From: Pirellulales bacterium
GTDB taxonomy: Bacteria; Planctomycetota; Planctomycetia; Pirellulales; PALSA-1355
Assembly (NCBI GenBank): GCA_035496575.1
Contig: DATJEN010000143.1
Location: forward strand, 19,120-83,119
DNA length: 64,000 nucleotides
Reading direction: 5' to 3'
Of the stretch, positions 48,918 through 58,290 are shown one piece after another; positions within the stretch are counted from its first letter, which is position 1; each line of letters begins with the position of its first letter. The translations under genes and the position numbers were made by a program. The notes under the pieces were generated by a model. That model saw only the letters and a list, made by a program, of their open reading frames with translations, was not told the DNA's origin and did no database searches.

Positions 48918-49910
48918 TCAGGCAACGACCGACGCGCGCTCCGCCAGATATTGCTCGCGAATCCACGCATATGTTTTGGCCATGCCGTCGCGTAGTCGAA
49001 TTGACGGCTCCCAGCCAAGGTATTTCTGGATTTTGGTGTTGTCGCTGTTGCGGCCATTGACTCCCTTGGGAGCGTCGAGCTGGTAGTTGCGCTCGAGCTT
49101 GACGCCGGCGATGTCTTCGACGAGATCCACCAATCCGTTGATCGTCACCAGCTCGCTTGAGCCGAGATTGATCGGCTCGAGGATGTCGCTGTCCATGATG
49201 GCATTGATGCCTTGGATGCAATCATCGATATACATAAAGCTGCGCGTCTGATTGCCGTCGCCCCAGATATCGATCGAATGGTCGCCGGTCTCGACGGCGT
49301 GGAGGACCTTGCGGCAGATGGCTGCCGGGGCCTTCTCGCGGCCGCCCTGCCACGTGCCGTTCGGCCCATACACGTTATGGAAGCGAGCGACACGGGTGGC
49401 GATTCCAAAATCTTCGCGGAAGTGCCGGCACATCCGCTCTGAAAAGAGTTTCTCCCAGCCGTATCCATCCTCGGGCATCGCCGGATACGCGTCTTCCTCC
49501 TTCAAGGCGGTGACTTGGTAATCTCGTTGTTTATCTGCGTTGTAGACACAGGCCGAGCTGGCGTAGAAGTAGCGTTGAACGCCGGCCTCCTTGGAAGCCA
49601 TGAGCAGATGAGTGTTGATCAGAACGGATAGCATGCACAGGCCTTTATTGTTCTCGATGAAGCCCATGCCGCCCATGTCGGCCGCCAGATTGAAAACGCG
49701 GTCCACACCGCGACAAGCCATCTCGCAAGCCTCCTTTTCTTGCAGGTCGGCGCAAATATTGTCGGCGCCGTCAAACACCTGATACCATTCGTCGAACGGC
49801 TTCACGTCTACTGCGCGAACATCGGAAAAGCCGCGGGCGAGCAGGTCGGCGACCAGGTGACCTCCGATGAAGCCACCCGCACCGGCCACGAGGACTGTAC
49901 GATTCGACAT
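48918..49910 (-). CDS. GDP-mannose 3,5-epimerase-like NAD-dependent epimerase
   Basis: Start MSNRTVLVAGAGGFIGGHL. Long blocks are nearly identical to plant GME as I recall it: VFNLAADMGGMGFI, FYASSACVY, RFHNVYGPNGTWQGGREKAPAAICRK, GDGNQTRSF, GVNGRNSDN. Confidence 0.85.
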   Translation of the reverse strand: MSNRTVLVAGAGGFIGGHLVADLLARGFSDVRAVDVKPFDEWYQVFDGADNICADLQEKEACEMACRGVDRVFNLAADMGGMGFIENNKGLCMLSVLINTHLLMASKEAGVQRYFYASSACVYNADKQRDYQVTALKEEDAYPAMPEDGYGWEKLFSERMCRHFREDFGIATRVARFHNVYGPNGTWQGGREKAPAAICRKVLHAVETGDHSIDIWGDGNQTRSFMYIDDCIQGINAIMDSDILEPINLGSSELVTINGLVDLVEDIAGVKLERNYQLDAPKGVNGRNSDNTKIQKYLGWEPSIRLRDGMAKTYAWIREQYLAERASVVA

Positions 49911-49996
49911 GATGATTCTTCCTTTCGTCGAGTAAGTGTTATTCAAGTTGCAGTTGAAATCAAAGTCTCGCTTGTCTCTTTGACGTCCGAAGCGCG

Positions 49997-50824
49997 TCAG
50001 GTCTGGCCATTGATGGTCGCGGGCGTCTTGGCTGGGCGGCCGAGCACCCGCTGGCGGAAGAGCTGCGCGGCCAGCTTCCGCAGGTAGATTGAGTTCGTCA
50101 CCAGATACCTCTTCCACAGCCGCTTCGGCTCCTGGTAAAGCCGAAACACCCAGGCCAGGCCGCGCCGCTGCATCCACAAGGGAGCAGGCGGCTTGGTGCC
50201 TGCCAGGAAATCAAACGCGGCCCCGACGCAGAGTTGCACCGGAATGATTCGATCTGCATGCTCAGCGGCAAAATGGTCTTGCTTCGGGCAACCCAGCCCG
50301 ACGAACATCAAGCCCGCGCCGCTGGCATTGACGCGCTCGACCATGGCCGCGTCCTCTTCGGGGGTTAGCCGGCGAAACGGAGGCGACTCGACATCGGCAA
50401 TGATGAGCCGCGGAAATTGCTCCTTCAGATTGCTCGCGAGTGCGGCAAGCGTCTCGGGTGAACTGCCATAGAGATAGATCGAGACGCCACTGGCGGCCGC
50501 CCGCTCGCAAAGCGCCAACGTCAGCTCGTAGCCTTGGAGTGTATTGCTGACGCGCGTGCCGTGTATCCAGTTGAGTGCCCAGCGGACCGGCTGACCGTCG
50601 GGAGCGACGATGGCAAAACGATTCACCTTCGTCGCCAGCTCGCGCGACGAGCAGGCTTCGATGAGGGCATGCACCGCAAAGGCGGACACCACGGCGGGAA
50701 TACGTCGCTCGGCGGCTTCGAGGATCGCGTCGGCCGCTTCGTCGCATGTTACGGCACTGACACCTACGCCGAACACATTATGCTTGGCAGGCCATTGGAG
50801 TGCTGTTGGATTGGCATCGATCAT
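49997..50824 (-). CDS. WecG/TagA/CpsF-family (GT26) glycosyltransferase
   Basis: …NVFGVGVSAVTCDEAADAIL…VSAFAVHALIEA…FAIVAPDGQPVRWAL…LYGSSPETL…GLGCPKQDHF…. Confidence 0.88.
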   Translation of the reverse strand: MIDANPTALQWPAKHNVFGVGVSAVTCDEAADAILEAAERRIPAVVSAFAVHALIEACSSRELATKVNRFAIVAPDGQPVRWALNWIHGTRVSNTLQGYELTLALCERAAASGVSIYLYGSSPETLAALASNLKEQFPRLIIADVESPPFRRLTPEEDAAMVERVNASGAGLMFVGLGCPKQDHFAAEHADRIIPVQLCVGAAFDFLAGTKPPAPLWMQRRGLAWVFRLYQEPKRLWKRYLVTNSIYLRKLAAQLFRQRVLGRPAKTPATINGQT

Positions 50825-50967
50825 GGTGTTGACACCTCGGGAAAGCTCGTAAGACCTACGATGTCCGGAGCAAAAGTTGCCTGGCAGTTACCGGCCGCGG
50901 GGGCTCTCAGTGTTTAACAACGGCTTCAAGAAGATGCGGCTAACATTTGTACGCCTTCCGAAAACTT

Positions 50968-52227
50968 CTAGGGAACGACTGCAATTGCGTTCTGGTTTGA
51001 TGTGACCAAGTTCGACGTCGATTCGGACGAACCAACACCATCTTTTCCACACAGCGATTCGTACACGGAGGCCGTCTGCGCAGCGAGCTTGCGCCAACTG
51101 TATTTCTTTTGGACAGCGAGCCAGCCTGCTTCTCCCAGCGATTGGCATTCCTGCGGGTCGGCAAGTAAGCGACAGAGCAATTTGGCCAGCTCGTCCGGGG
51201 ACTGTTCCGACAACCAGCCGTTGACACCTTCCTGCACGATGCTGGCCACTGGTGGAATTCGGCCACCAATAACTGCCTTCCGATGCGACCATGCCTCGAC
51301 GAAAACTCCGCCGAAGCTTTCCTGCACAGAAGGAACGCAAAGCAACTCGCAAGCAGCGATCGCGGAGGTTTTGGTTTCCAGGTCGACCTTTCCCAAGTTC
51401 ACCAAGCGCTCGTCACGACATCCTTCGAATATCTGCTTGGAATAGGGCGTAGGCGGGCCAATGAAGACAAAGCGAGTCCGTGGGTGCTTTAACCAGACCC
51501 GATCGGCAGCCTCGACGACCGCGGCAATGCCCTTGTATTTGACTTGCTGACCGACGAAGAGAACAAATGGCTCGTCAAGGTGGTACCGCCGACGAAAATC
51601 CGCTGCAGAGAACCGTTCTGACAGCACTGGGCCGATACCGGTCACGTGGATTCGCTCAGCACGCACGCCTTTCTGCTTTACGAGCAAATCTTTTTCTACT
51701 TCGGTCAGCGCGAAGATCGCATCCGCCGCGCGGTAGATCTTGTCATATTCTCGATACAGGGGGCCCCGCCAACGCTCGTGATGATTTGGCGTGAGTACAA
51801 AAGGAATCTGTCGAGTGCGAGCCATATCCAGCGCGGCGCGGGCCAAGAACTCGCGCCCAATGCGCGAGCAGTGTACGATTTCAGGTGTGCCTGCCTGAGC
51901 GGCAAGTTGTTCACGGATCACACTGGCGAGGTGCCGAACCGCCGGCTTCATGAACATGTAATATGTGGACGCCCACGGCAGCATTCTTAAACGCTGCGTA
52001 CGAGAAAACCCCAGCCGCGCCACCCGCACGTTTTCATGCACGAAGTTGGCAGGCGGTTCTCCGCAAACGGTGCTCAACCTTAGCCAATCTCGGCGGTTAG
52101 TCGTCGACTGCGTCACCACCTGCACTTCATGGCCGAGAGCTTGCATTTGCGCTGCCAGGCAGTGCAAGTGGATCTGCGCGCCCCCAACCGACGGCGGGTA
52201 CATCGTGCTCGTATAAAGAATTTTCAT
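50968..52227 (-). CDS. Glycosyltransferase family 4 (GT-B)
   Basis: MKILYTSTMYPPSVGGAQIHL… and PSVQESFGGVFVEAWSHRKAVIG (E-x7-E region). Confidence 0.9.
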   Translation of the reverse strand: MKILYTSTMYPPSVGGAQIHLHCLAAQMQALGHEVQVVTQSTTNRRDWLRLSTVCGEPPANFVHENVRVARLGFSRTQRLRMLPWASTYYMFMKPAVRHLASVIREQLAAQAGTPEIVHCSRIGREFLARAALDMARTRQIPFVLTPNHHERWRGPLYREYDKIYRAADAIFALTEVEKDLLVKQKGVRAERIHVTGIGPVLSERFSAADFRRRYHLDEPFVLFVGQQVKYKGIAAVVEAADRVWLKHPRTRFVFIGPPTPYSKQIFEGCRDERLVNLGKVDLETKTSAIAACELLCVPSVQESFGGVFVEAWSHRKAVIGGRIPPVASIVQEGVNGWLSEQSPDELAKLLCRLLADPQECQSLGEAGWLAVQKKYSWRKLAAQTASVYESLCGKDGVGSSESTSNLVTSNQNAIAVVP

Positions 52228-52259
52228 TTTGCGTCAAAAGCAAGCTATGTTTTTGCCCA

Positions 52260-53273
52260 TCAGGCGCGCGACAGCGACTCGGCAGCTGCATTTCCGCCGA
52301 GCAACTGGCGTTCTCCACGGAATTCGAGATATTCGCGGTAGACCTTCTGAGCGCACAATCGCGGCGCCAGATAGCGCAGCGCACACCGCATATAACCCTC
52401 AGCGCGCCACAATAAACATCGCCAACCCAGCTCCGCCGCTCGATCGCCCCGTAGCCGCGCGAACAACATGCGCCACAGGTTGACACCCATCGCTTGCATG
52501 AGTCGCGCACCCAAGATTGCGATCAGCATGAAAACTCCGCGGTGAGTTCGGTCACGTTCCGCCGTTGTCCAGCCATTGCGGCGAAAGACCCAGCGGAAGT
52601 AGGTTTCTCTTACGCGATACTCAGGAATGACATGGCGAACGATCGCGAGCGGCGCGTACCAGCCCGTTATTCCTGCCTGCAGCATGCGCAAAAACAGGTC
52701 GCTGTCTTCGCCGGCCTGCCGCAAGGATTCGTTGAATGTGCCGACTTCATCGAAGACGGTGCGCTCAACAAGCATGTTCCCAGTTCCGGGGAACATCTTG
52801 CGCGAATATTTCACTGGCTTGTCCGCGCCGATCGCTTCGCCCAGCAAGCGGCGACAGATTTCGGGCAGCGGCGGGGCCGTGGTAGGAAGCAACAGGTGCA
52901 CAGCGCCCCCCACACAGCGCGCTTTTTCTTTGCGGACCATCTCCAACAGCTCGCGTAGCCAGTTGGGATCGGCCACTTGGTCATCGTCGAAAAAGGCCAC
53001 ATAGCGTCCGCGCGCTTCGGCCACGCCGCGGTTGCGCGCGCAAGCGACGCCCGGCTTGGGCTCGTAGACGCCCCGGAAGGGAACCTTCGCCTCGCGCGCG
53101 ACGTCGGCGACAACCTCCACCGTGGCGTCGGTCGATGCATTGTCGACGACGATCACTTCGTAGCGCCATGATGCGTCGGTCTCGAGCCCCAACAGACTCG
53201 CCAACGCGCCGCGCAGCATCTCGGCGCGGTTGTACGTGCAGATCACAACCGATACGTCAATCTCGTACGTCAT
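52260..53273 (-). CDS. Glycosyltransferase family 2
   Basis: MTYEIDVSVVICTYNRAEML…VVDNASTD…FFDDDQV (DxD). The start ATG overlaps the stop of the upstream gene (ATGA). Confidence 0.9.
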   Translation of the reverse strand: MTYEIDVSVVICTYNRAEMLRGALASLLGLETDASWRYEVIVVDNASTDATVEVVADVAREAKVPFRGVYEPKPGVACARNRGVAEARGRYVAFFDDDQVADPNWLRELLEMVRKEKARCVGGAVHLLLPTTAPPLPEICRRLLGEAIGADKPVKYSRKMFPGTGNMLVERTVFDEVGTFNESLRQAGEDSDLFLRMLQAGITGWYAPLAIVRHVIPEYRVRETYFRWVFRRNGWTTAERDRTHRGVFMLIAILGARLMQAMGVNLWRMLFARLRGDRAAELGWRCLLWRAEGYMRCALRYLAPRLCAQKVYREYLEFRGERQLLGGNAAAESLSRA

Positions 53274-54664
53274 GTGACTATTCCTTCGCGATAGCACCAG
53301 GGCAACTCGGAGGGAATTCCGCGAACCACGGGCAACACGGGGACGCTCTGCGCACGGTCCTCTTCACCCGCACCGAACGGCAATTGAAACATGGCGCACA
53401 GTGTCACCAGGGCAATGAACGACGGTTGGAGCAGGTCGGACTCGGTGAACGCGTTGACTGCGGCAAAGGTGACGAGCGCCAGCAGCAAGCCGTAGCCGGG
53501 ATCCAGCGTGCGGCGATAACGGGCGGCGAAGCGGCCGATTGCCAAGCTGAGCGTAACCGCGAGCATCCCAACCCCGATGAGCCCCGCGGCGATCACCGCG
53601 TCCACATAGGTTGAGTGTGCGTCGGGGATGGGCCAGTAAAAGATCTTCGAAAAATCCTCGGTTCGTTCCGGATCCCAGAACGCCCCGTAGCCATAGCCGG
53701 CCCAGGGTCGTTCCGTGGCGAAATCTAAAAGCTCGGTCCACAGAGGCAAGCGGCCGGTGAGCGACTCGGACTCGTCGGTGCGACCCATAAGTGCGGCTTG
53801 AACCACAGTTTGTTCAACGCTGGTGCCGGAGAGCTCGATGGCAACCGCAGCGGCGCAGGCCGCCATGCCAGCCGCCAGAGCCCAGGGAAGCGCTCGCCGG
53901 CCAGGCACGATCAACCACGACAGAAGAAGAGCCGCCAACAACGCCACCAGCGCCGTACGCGACCTGGTGAGTAGCAGCCCGCACGCCCCAGCGCCGATTG
54001 CGACACCCAACAGCAGGCGATGCGCCGAGCCGCTGCGCAAAAGCGCCAGTGCCGCCAAACACAAGAAACTACAACTAACCGCCAAGTTGTTAGGATGCAC
54101 CATGCCCGCAAAACGGTAACCTTCGGACCAGGGGCGGAAGTGCCCGGTCGCCAGCTCGATCGCGAACGCAAAAGCCAGGTAGGTCGCCGTGAGGGCAACG
54201 AGGGCGCGGGCGAAAGCCAGCGCCGCGAGCTGACGGGCCAGTCCGAGTGCGGCCAGAAATACGCACAAAAGAGTCGTGATGCGCCGTGCCGTCAGATCCG
54301 ATTCGACCGACCAGAAAAGACTCGCCGTGTACCAGGCGAAGAGCCCGCCGCAGGCCAATAGGACAGGGTCGCGCCAATTGAGAGGACGGCCGCGGCCTTG
54401 CAGGCACAAGCAGCCGCCCAACACCCCCAGCGCCAGAAAAGCGACGCGCCTTACGGAGCTGCCCTGCTCGATCGATTCGGCCCGCTCGTCCATCGCGTAG
54501 ATCGCATCATCCGAGAACTCGGCCTCCAAGAACCGCGGATCCTGGTCGATCGCGAAAAACGCAATCCCCAAGAGGATGACCGGCAGCCACGTGCGCAATT
54601 GCCACTCGTCGGCTCCGTGTGGGCGGTTGTAGCTGTCAATCGAAAGGTGGTTCGAGTAGTTCAT
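53270..54664 (-). CDS. O-antigen ligase/polymerase-like (Wzy_C) membrane protein
   Basis: 464 aa with about 10-12 TM segments and a large loop carrying the …HPNNLA… / …HSTYVDAVIAAG… type motifs. Confidence 0.8.
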   Translation of the reverse strand: MNYSNHLSIDSYNRPHGADEWQLRTWLPVILLGIAFFAIDQDPRFLEAEFSDDAIYAMDERAESIEQGSSVRRVAFLALGVLGGCLCLQGRGRPLNWRDPVLLACGGLFAWYTASLFWSVESDLTARRITTLLCVFLAALGLARQLAALAFARALVALTATYLAFAFAIELATGHFRPWSEGYRFAGMVHPNNLAVSCSFLCLAALALLRSGSAHRLLLGVAIGAGACGLLLTRSRTALVALLAALLLSWLIVPGRRALPWALAAGMAACAAAVAIELSGTSVEQTVVQAALMGRTDESESLTGRLPLWTELLDFATERPWAGYGYGAFWDPERTEDFSKIFYWPIPDAHSTYVDAVIAAGLIGVGMLAVTLSLAIGRFAARYRRTLDPGYGLLLALVTFAAVNAFTESDLLQPSFIALVTLCAMFQLPFGAGEEDRAQSVPVLPVVRGIPSELPWCYREGIVT

Positions 54665-54668
54665 AGGC

Positions 54669-56057
54669 TCAAGCGGAAAGGCTGTGCGAATTCAACTGAA
54701 TTTGTTCGTCCGAATGCAAAACGAGCGTCTCCCGGGCGGACTCAAACACTCGCACGAGCGTCGCCGTGCGCACGACCGCCGCCGTCGATGTCCCCGCCAG
54801 TGATGCCAGCGCGGCGCCCAGGGCGCCATACGAGGGGACCAGGAACGCAGCAGCCACGACCGTTACAATGAGACCGCAGAAATCCGCTACAAAATTCGCG
54901 CGCGGCTGCTCGAGCGCCCACAGTCCATTGCCGGCGACCATTCCCATCGCGGTCATCAGGGCACTGAGGCCAAGACAGACCAGAATGGCGCCGGAGTCAC
55001 GGAACAGTTCCCCGTACAGAAACACAGCCAGGGAACCGCCCGCCACGAGCAGCACGAGCGAAAAAGTGCCCAACAAGAGGGCTAAGAACGAGGCCGCGAG
55101 TACGAGCACTCGGCGCAGCTCTTGGGTGCCACCGAGGACGAAAGCTTGTGCTGCGCGCGGGGTCAGCACGCGATCGACGCCCCCTTGCAGCACATTGGAA
55201 AGTCCCACCAGCGTGGCGCACGCGCCGAACATTCCCACGGCCGCCGGGCCGGCGGCCAGACCGAGAATCCAGGGCATGATGTACGGGGTCGTATTGCCGA
55301 CCAGGTAACTGCGCAGGGCCCACTTTCCAAACGACCAATTGTGCTTCCAGTCGGCAAAAAATCGCTGCCGCGATAGCCGCGCGTTGGGCGGGTCGAACAC
55401 AAACCAGCTCAACGCAGCCAACGCACACGCCCCGCCCATGACGCCGTAAATAGTGAAGATCGAAAGGCCGCCGTAGCGGGCCAAAAGCAGCAGACCGCTG
55501 CATTGCGCGGCAGCGACGACGAGATCGACGCCGATCGCCGATACGATGTGCAAGTTGGCCAGCGCGAAACGACGGATTCCCTCGCGCAGCAGGAGCAAAG
55601 GCCCCGCTCCCGCCAGTGCCCACAGGCCTGGCACGATCAGCCCGCCGCCGGCCAGGGACAAGAGGGCGATCGTGCCCAACAGGACGATCAATCCCACAGT
55701 GGTCAACGCCACGTGGTGCAAGAAGGCGCTGCCGGCGTACTCGGTCAGGTCGTGTCCGCTGCGTCGCTTGGAGTAGATCGTATAGGGAGCGGCAACCAGA
55801 TGCTCCTGAATCCCGGTGGCGACGATGATGATGCTCAGAATCAGGTAGTACAGACCGACCTGGTCAGGCGAGATCGTGCGATTGATGATGATGGCGGTGA
55901 CGAGGCTCGTGCCACTCACTACTGCCTGATCGAAAATCGACAGCAGTCCGTCCCAGGCCAACGGAAAGCGCCGGCCCAATTCGAGCAACCGTCCCCTCAC
56001 CAATGCGCCCGCAACCGCGCCACGCACATCGGGGATTTCAATAAGGTCGGATTTCAT
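54669..56057 (-). CDS. Polysaccharide flippase (Wzx/MOP superfamily)
   Basis: Polytopic, 12 or more TM segments. I prefer the start MKSDLIEIPD… at 56057 to the track start at 56270. Confidence 0.8.
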   Translation of the reverse strand: MKSDLIEIPDVRGAVAGALVRGRLLELGRRFPLAWDGLLSIFDQAVVSGTSLVTAIIINRTISPDQVGLYYLILSIIIVATGIQEHLVAAPYTIYSKRRSGHDLTEYAGSAFLHHVALTTVGLIVLLGTIALLSLAGGGLIVPGLWALAGAGPLLLLREGIRRFALANLHIVSAIGVDLVVAAAQCSGLLLLARYGGLSIFTIYGVMGGACALAALSWFVFDPPNARLSRQRFFADWKHNWSFGKWALRSYLVGNTTPYIMPWILGLAAGPAAVGMFGACATLVGLSNVLQGGVDRVLTPRAAQAFVLGGTQELRRVLVLAASFLALLLGTFSLVLLVAGGSLAVFLYGELFRDSGAILVCLGLSALMTAMGMVAGNGLWALEQPRANFVADFCGLIVTVVAAAFLVPSYGALGAALASLAGTSTAAVVRTATLVRVFESARETLVLHSDEQIQLNSHSLSA

Positions 56058-56095
56058 ATGTGATTCCGAGTTCGAATTGCGAACAGTCGACTCGG

Positions 56096-57064
56096 TTAGA
56101 GACAAGACAATTGAGACTGTCGGGTCGCGTGTCGTTTCGGCAATCGCATGAACCGCTTGATGGGACGGGTGAGGACTTGCCGCGCCTTGACGGCGGTCGT
56201 GTACCAGCCGGTAAGCATCGACGCTAGGACCTCGGGTGTGTCGTCCGCGTCGACTTGAAAGCGTCCCCACTGGAATGGATCATCCTCGATCATGGCGCGC
56301 TGCGGACGCGTGGAGAACGAGCAGGCCACGCCGGCTCGCCGGGCCGATTCAATCAACGGGGGCGTGATCTCACCGAAGGGAAAGGCGAACGCGGGGTGTG
56401 CAATCCCGAAGCGGTCGCGCAACACGTCGAGACATTGCTTTAAGTCGCGCTCGAACTGTTCGCGTCGCCCGGCGAACCGCTCATGGGTATGGGTATGCGC
56501 GCCCAGATCGACCAGCCCCTCGGCCAGGATGGCGCGGCATTCGTCGGTCGAGAGCGGCCGCCAGCACTCGGCAGGTACGCGCGGTGAACCTGCCGCCGAC
56601 CAATCGTCGAACGGAAACGGGGTGTCGCCGTCCAGGTACTTGGTGGCCACAAAAATCGTGGCGGGAATGTTCAGCTCTCGCAGGACGGGGTATGCGCCCG
56701 AGTAATTGTTCTGATATCCGTCATCGAAGGTGACGGCAAAAACGTGCGAGGGCACCCGCTGTGAATTACGATGAGCGGCCACCAGCCTCGAGAGGGACCA
56801 CGCCTGGAAGCCGCGCTCGAGCAGCCCGGCCAATTGGACCCGCAACCGGTCGGGAGTCACGTTCCACGTGGGAACATCGACGCCCGGCACGTGGTCGCAA
56901 ACGCGATGGTACATCAGGATGCCGAACTTCTCATCCGGCCGCGCGCCAAACATGGCGTGCAACCTGGCGGCCAGCCGGCCGGTGCTTCGCGTGCTCATAC
57001 GCCGCAAGCCGTCCAGGGGAGCGTACTGGCGCGCCGTCCGAAATATGCCACGGTTGTCGTCCAT
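56096..57064 (-). CDS. Polysaccharide deacetylase (NodB/CE4) family protein
   Basis: …ILMYHRV…VTFDDGYQNNY…PATIFV…GAHTHTH… I prefer the start at 57064. Confidence 0.85.
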   Translation of the reverse strand: MDDNRGIFRTARQYAPLDGLRRMSTRSTGRLAARLHAMFGARPDEKFGILMYHRVCDHVPGVDVPTWNVTPDRLRVQLAGLLERGFQAWSLSRLVAAHRNSQRVPSHVFAVTFDDGYQNNYSGAYPVLRELNIPATIFVATKYLDGDTPFPFDDWSAAGSPRVPAECWRPLSTDECRAILAEGLVDLGAHTHTHERFAGRREQFERDLKQCLDVLRDRFGIAHPAFAFPFGEITPPLIESARRAGVACSFSTRPQRAMIEDDPFQWGRFQVDADDTPEVLASMLTGWYTTAVKARQVLTRPIKRFMRLPKRHATRQSQLSCL

Positions 57065-57098
57065 AGATGTTTCCCCGCGCTGCGCACAGCCGCGATGT

Positions 57099-58166
57099 TC
57101 AACAGGCGCCGCGGCGAAGCAACACGGCCGGCATGGTCTGGGCAATCAACTTGACGTCGTTGATCAGCGAGCGCGACCGGATGTATTCAATATCCATGCG
57201 GATCCAGTCGCAGAACGAGACGGCCGAACGGCCGCGCACTTGCCAGATGCACGTCAATCCGGAGGTGACGTCGAGGCGGCGGAGCTGCCATTGTTCGCAG
57301 CGGTCGGACTCGTCGCACGGCAAGGGCCGCGGACCCACCACAGACATGTCTCCGAGCAATACATTGACGAGCTGCGGCAGTTCGTCAATGCTCGTTTTCC
57401 GCAGGAATCGACCCAACGCCGTCACGCGTGGATCTTTTGCGAGCTTGAACGCGGGGCCGTCCTGCTCGCTGAATCTCAAAAGCGCCGTCTTGCGCTGTTC
57501 GGCATTGGCGGCCATGGTGCGGAACTTATACATCATGAATTTGCGCCCGCCGATCGTGTGCCGACGCTGCTTAAAGATGACGGGGCCAGGCGAAGTGAGC
57601 TTGATCGCCACGGCGACGGCCAGCAACAAAGGAGCGGCCAATACCAGGGCCACACTCGCGCCGATCACGTCGATGGCACGTTTCCAGGCGGGCATCGGGC
57701 GAACGAACAATGTGTGCATGGGCCGAGAAATGCGGTCTTCCTCGGGCTGCTCCGCTTCTTCACCAACCAATACTTCTTCCGGCTGCTCGTCGCTGGGATA
57801 CGCGAACACCTCGCATTTTGGCCGGGGCAGCTCGTGCGGCATCAGCTCACACAGGTCATCTGCCAATTTCCAAGCGCCGGCCACTGGCGTCTCGGGAAGG
57901 ATGACGCCAATCGCGCGGGCGCTCCAGATTCCGGCGTCATCCGTGATCCGCAGCCGATCCCGCAGCGTGCGCGCAATCGCCGTCAGGTTGGAATCGCTCA
58001 GGCGCGCGGAGAACGTGAGTGTCAGCAGCGAAAAACTAGCGTTCCCACGGTCACAGCGCATGCGTTCACGTTCGAGCAAGGCCTGCAGGCGCTCGGCCGA
58101 TTGCAGAAAATCACTTGCACACTTCAACTGCGGCCTGCGCCAGCTATCGAGCATTCTTCGAATCAT
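57099..58166 (-). CDS. Priming polyprenyl-phosphate sugar-phosphate transferase (Bac_transf) with an N-terminal degenerate GGDEF-like domain
   Basis: The C-terminal part reads …KRAIDVIGASVALVLAAPLLL…FKQRRHTIGGRKFMMYKFRTM…DPRVTALGRFLRKTSIDELPQLVNVLLGDMSVVGPRP. The N-terminal 130 aa read …RERMRCDRGNASFSLLTLTF…LRDRLRITDDAGIWSARAIGVILPETPVAGAWKLADDL. Confidence 0.85.
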   Translation of the reverse strand: MIRRMLDSWRRPQLKCASDFLQSAERLQALLERERMRCDRGNASFSLLTLTFSARLSDSNLTAIARTLRDRLRITDDAGIWSARAIGVILPETPVAGAWKLADDLCELMPHELPRPKCEVFAYPSDEQPEEVLVGEEAEQPEEDRISRPMHTLFVRPMPAWKRAIDVIGASVALVLAAPLLLAVAVAIKLTSPGPVIFKQRRHTIGGRKFMMYKFRTMAANAEQRKTALLRFSEQDGPAFKLAKDPRVTALGRFLRKTSIDELPQLVNVLLGDMSVVGPRPLPCDESDRCEQWQLRRLDVTSGLTCIWQVRGRSAVSFCDWIRMDIEYIRSRSLINDVKLIAQTMPAVLLRRGAC

Positions 58167-58290
58167 GCTAGTTTGTTCGTTCTCGGTCTGGATGGGGTAC
58201 GAGAATGTCTAGCCGGTTGCAAATTTGCCCCAGGTCTGTGCCTCACGTGCCGGTCGACACCGAGTTCTAAAGCGCGAGCTACCGCCGCCC

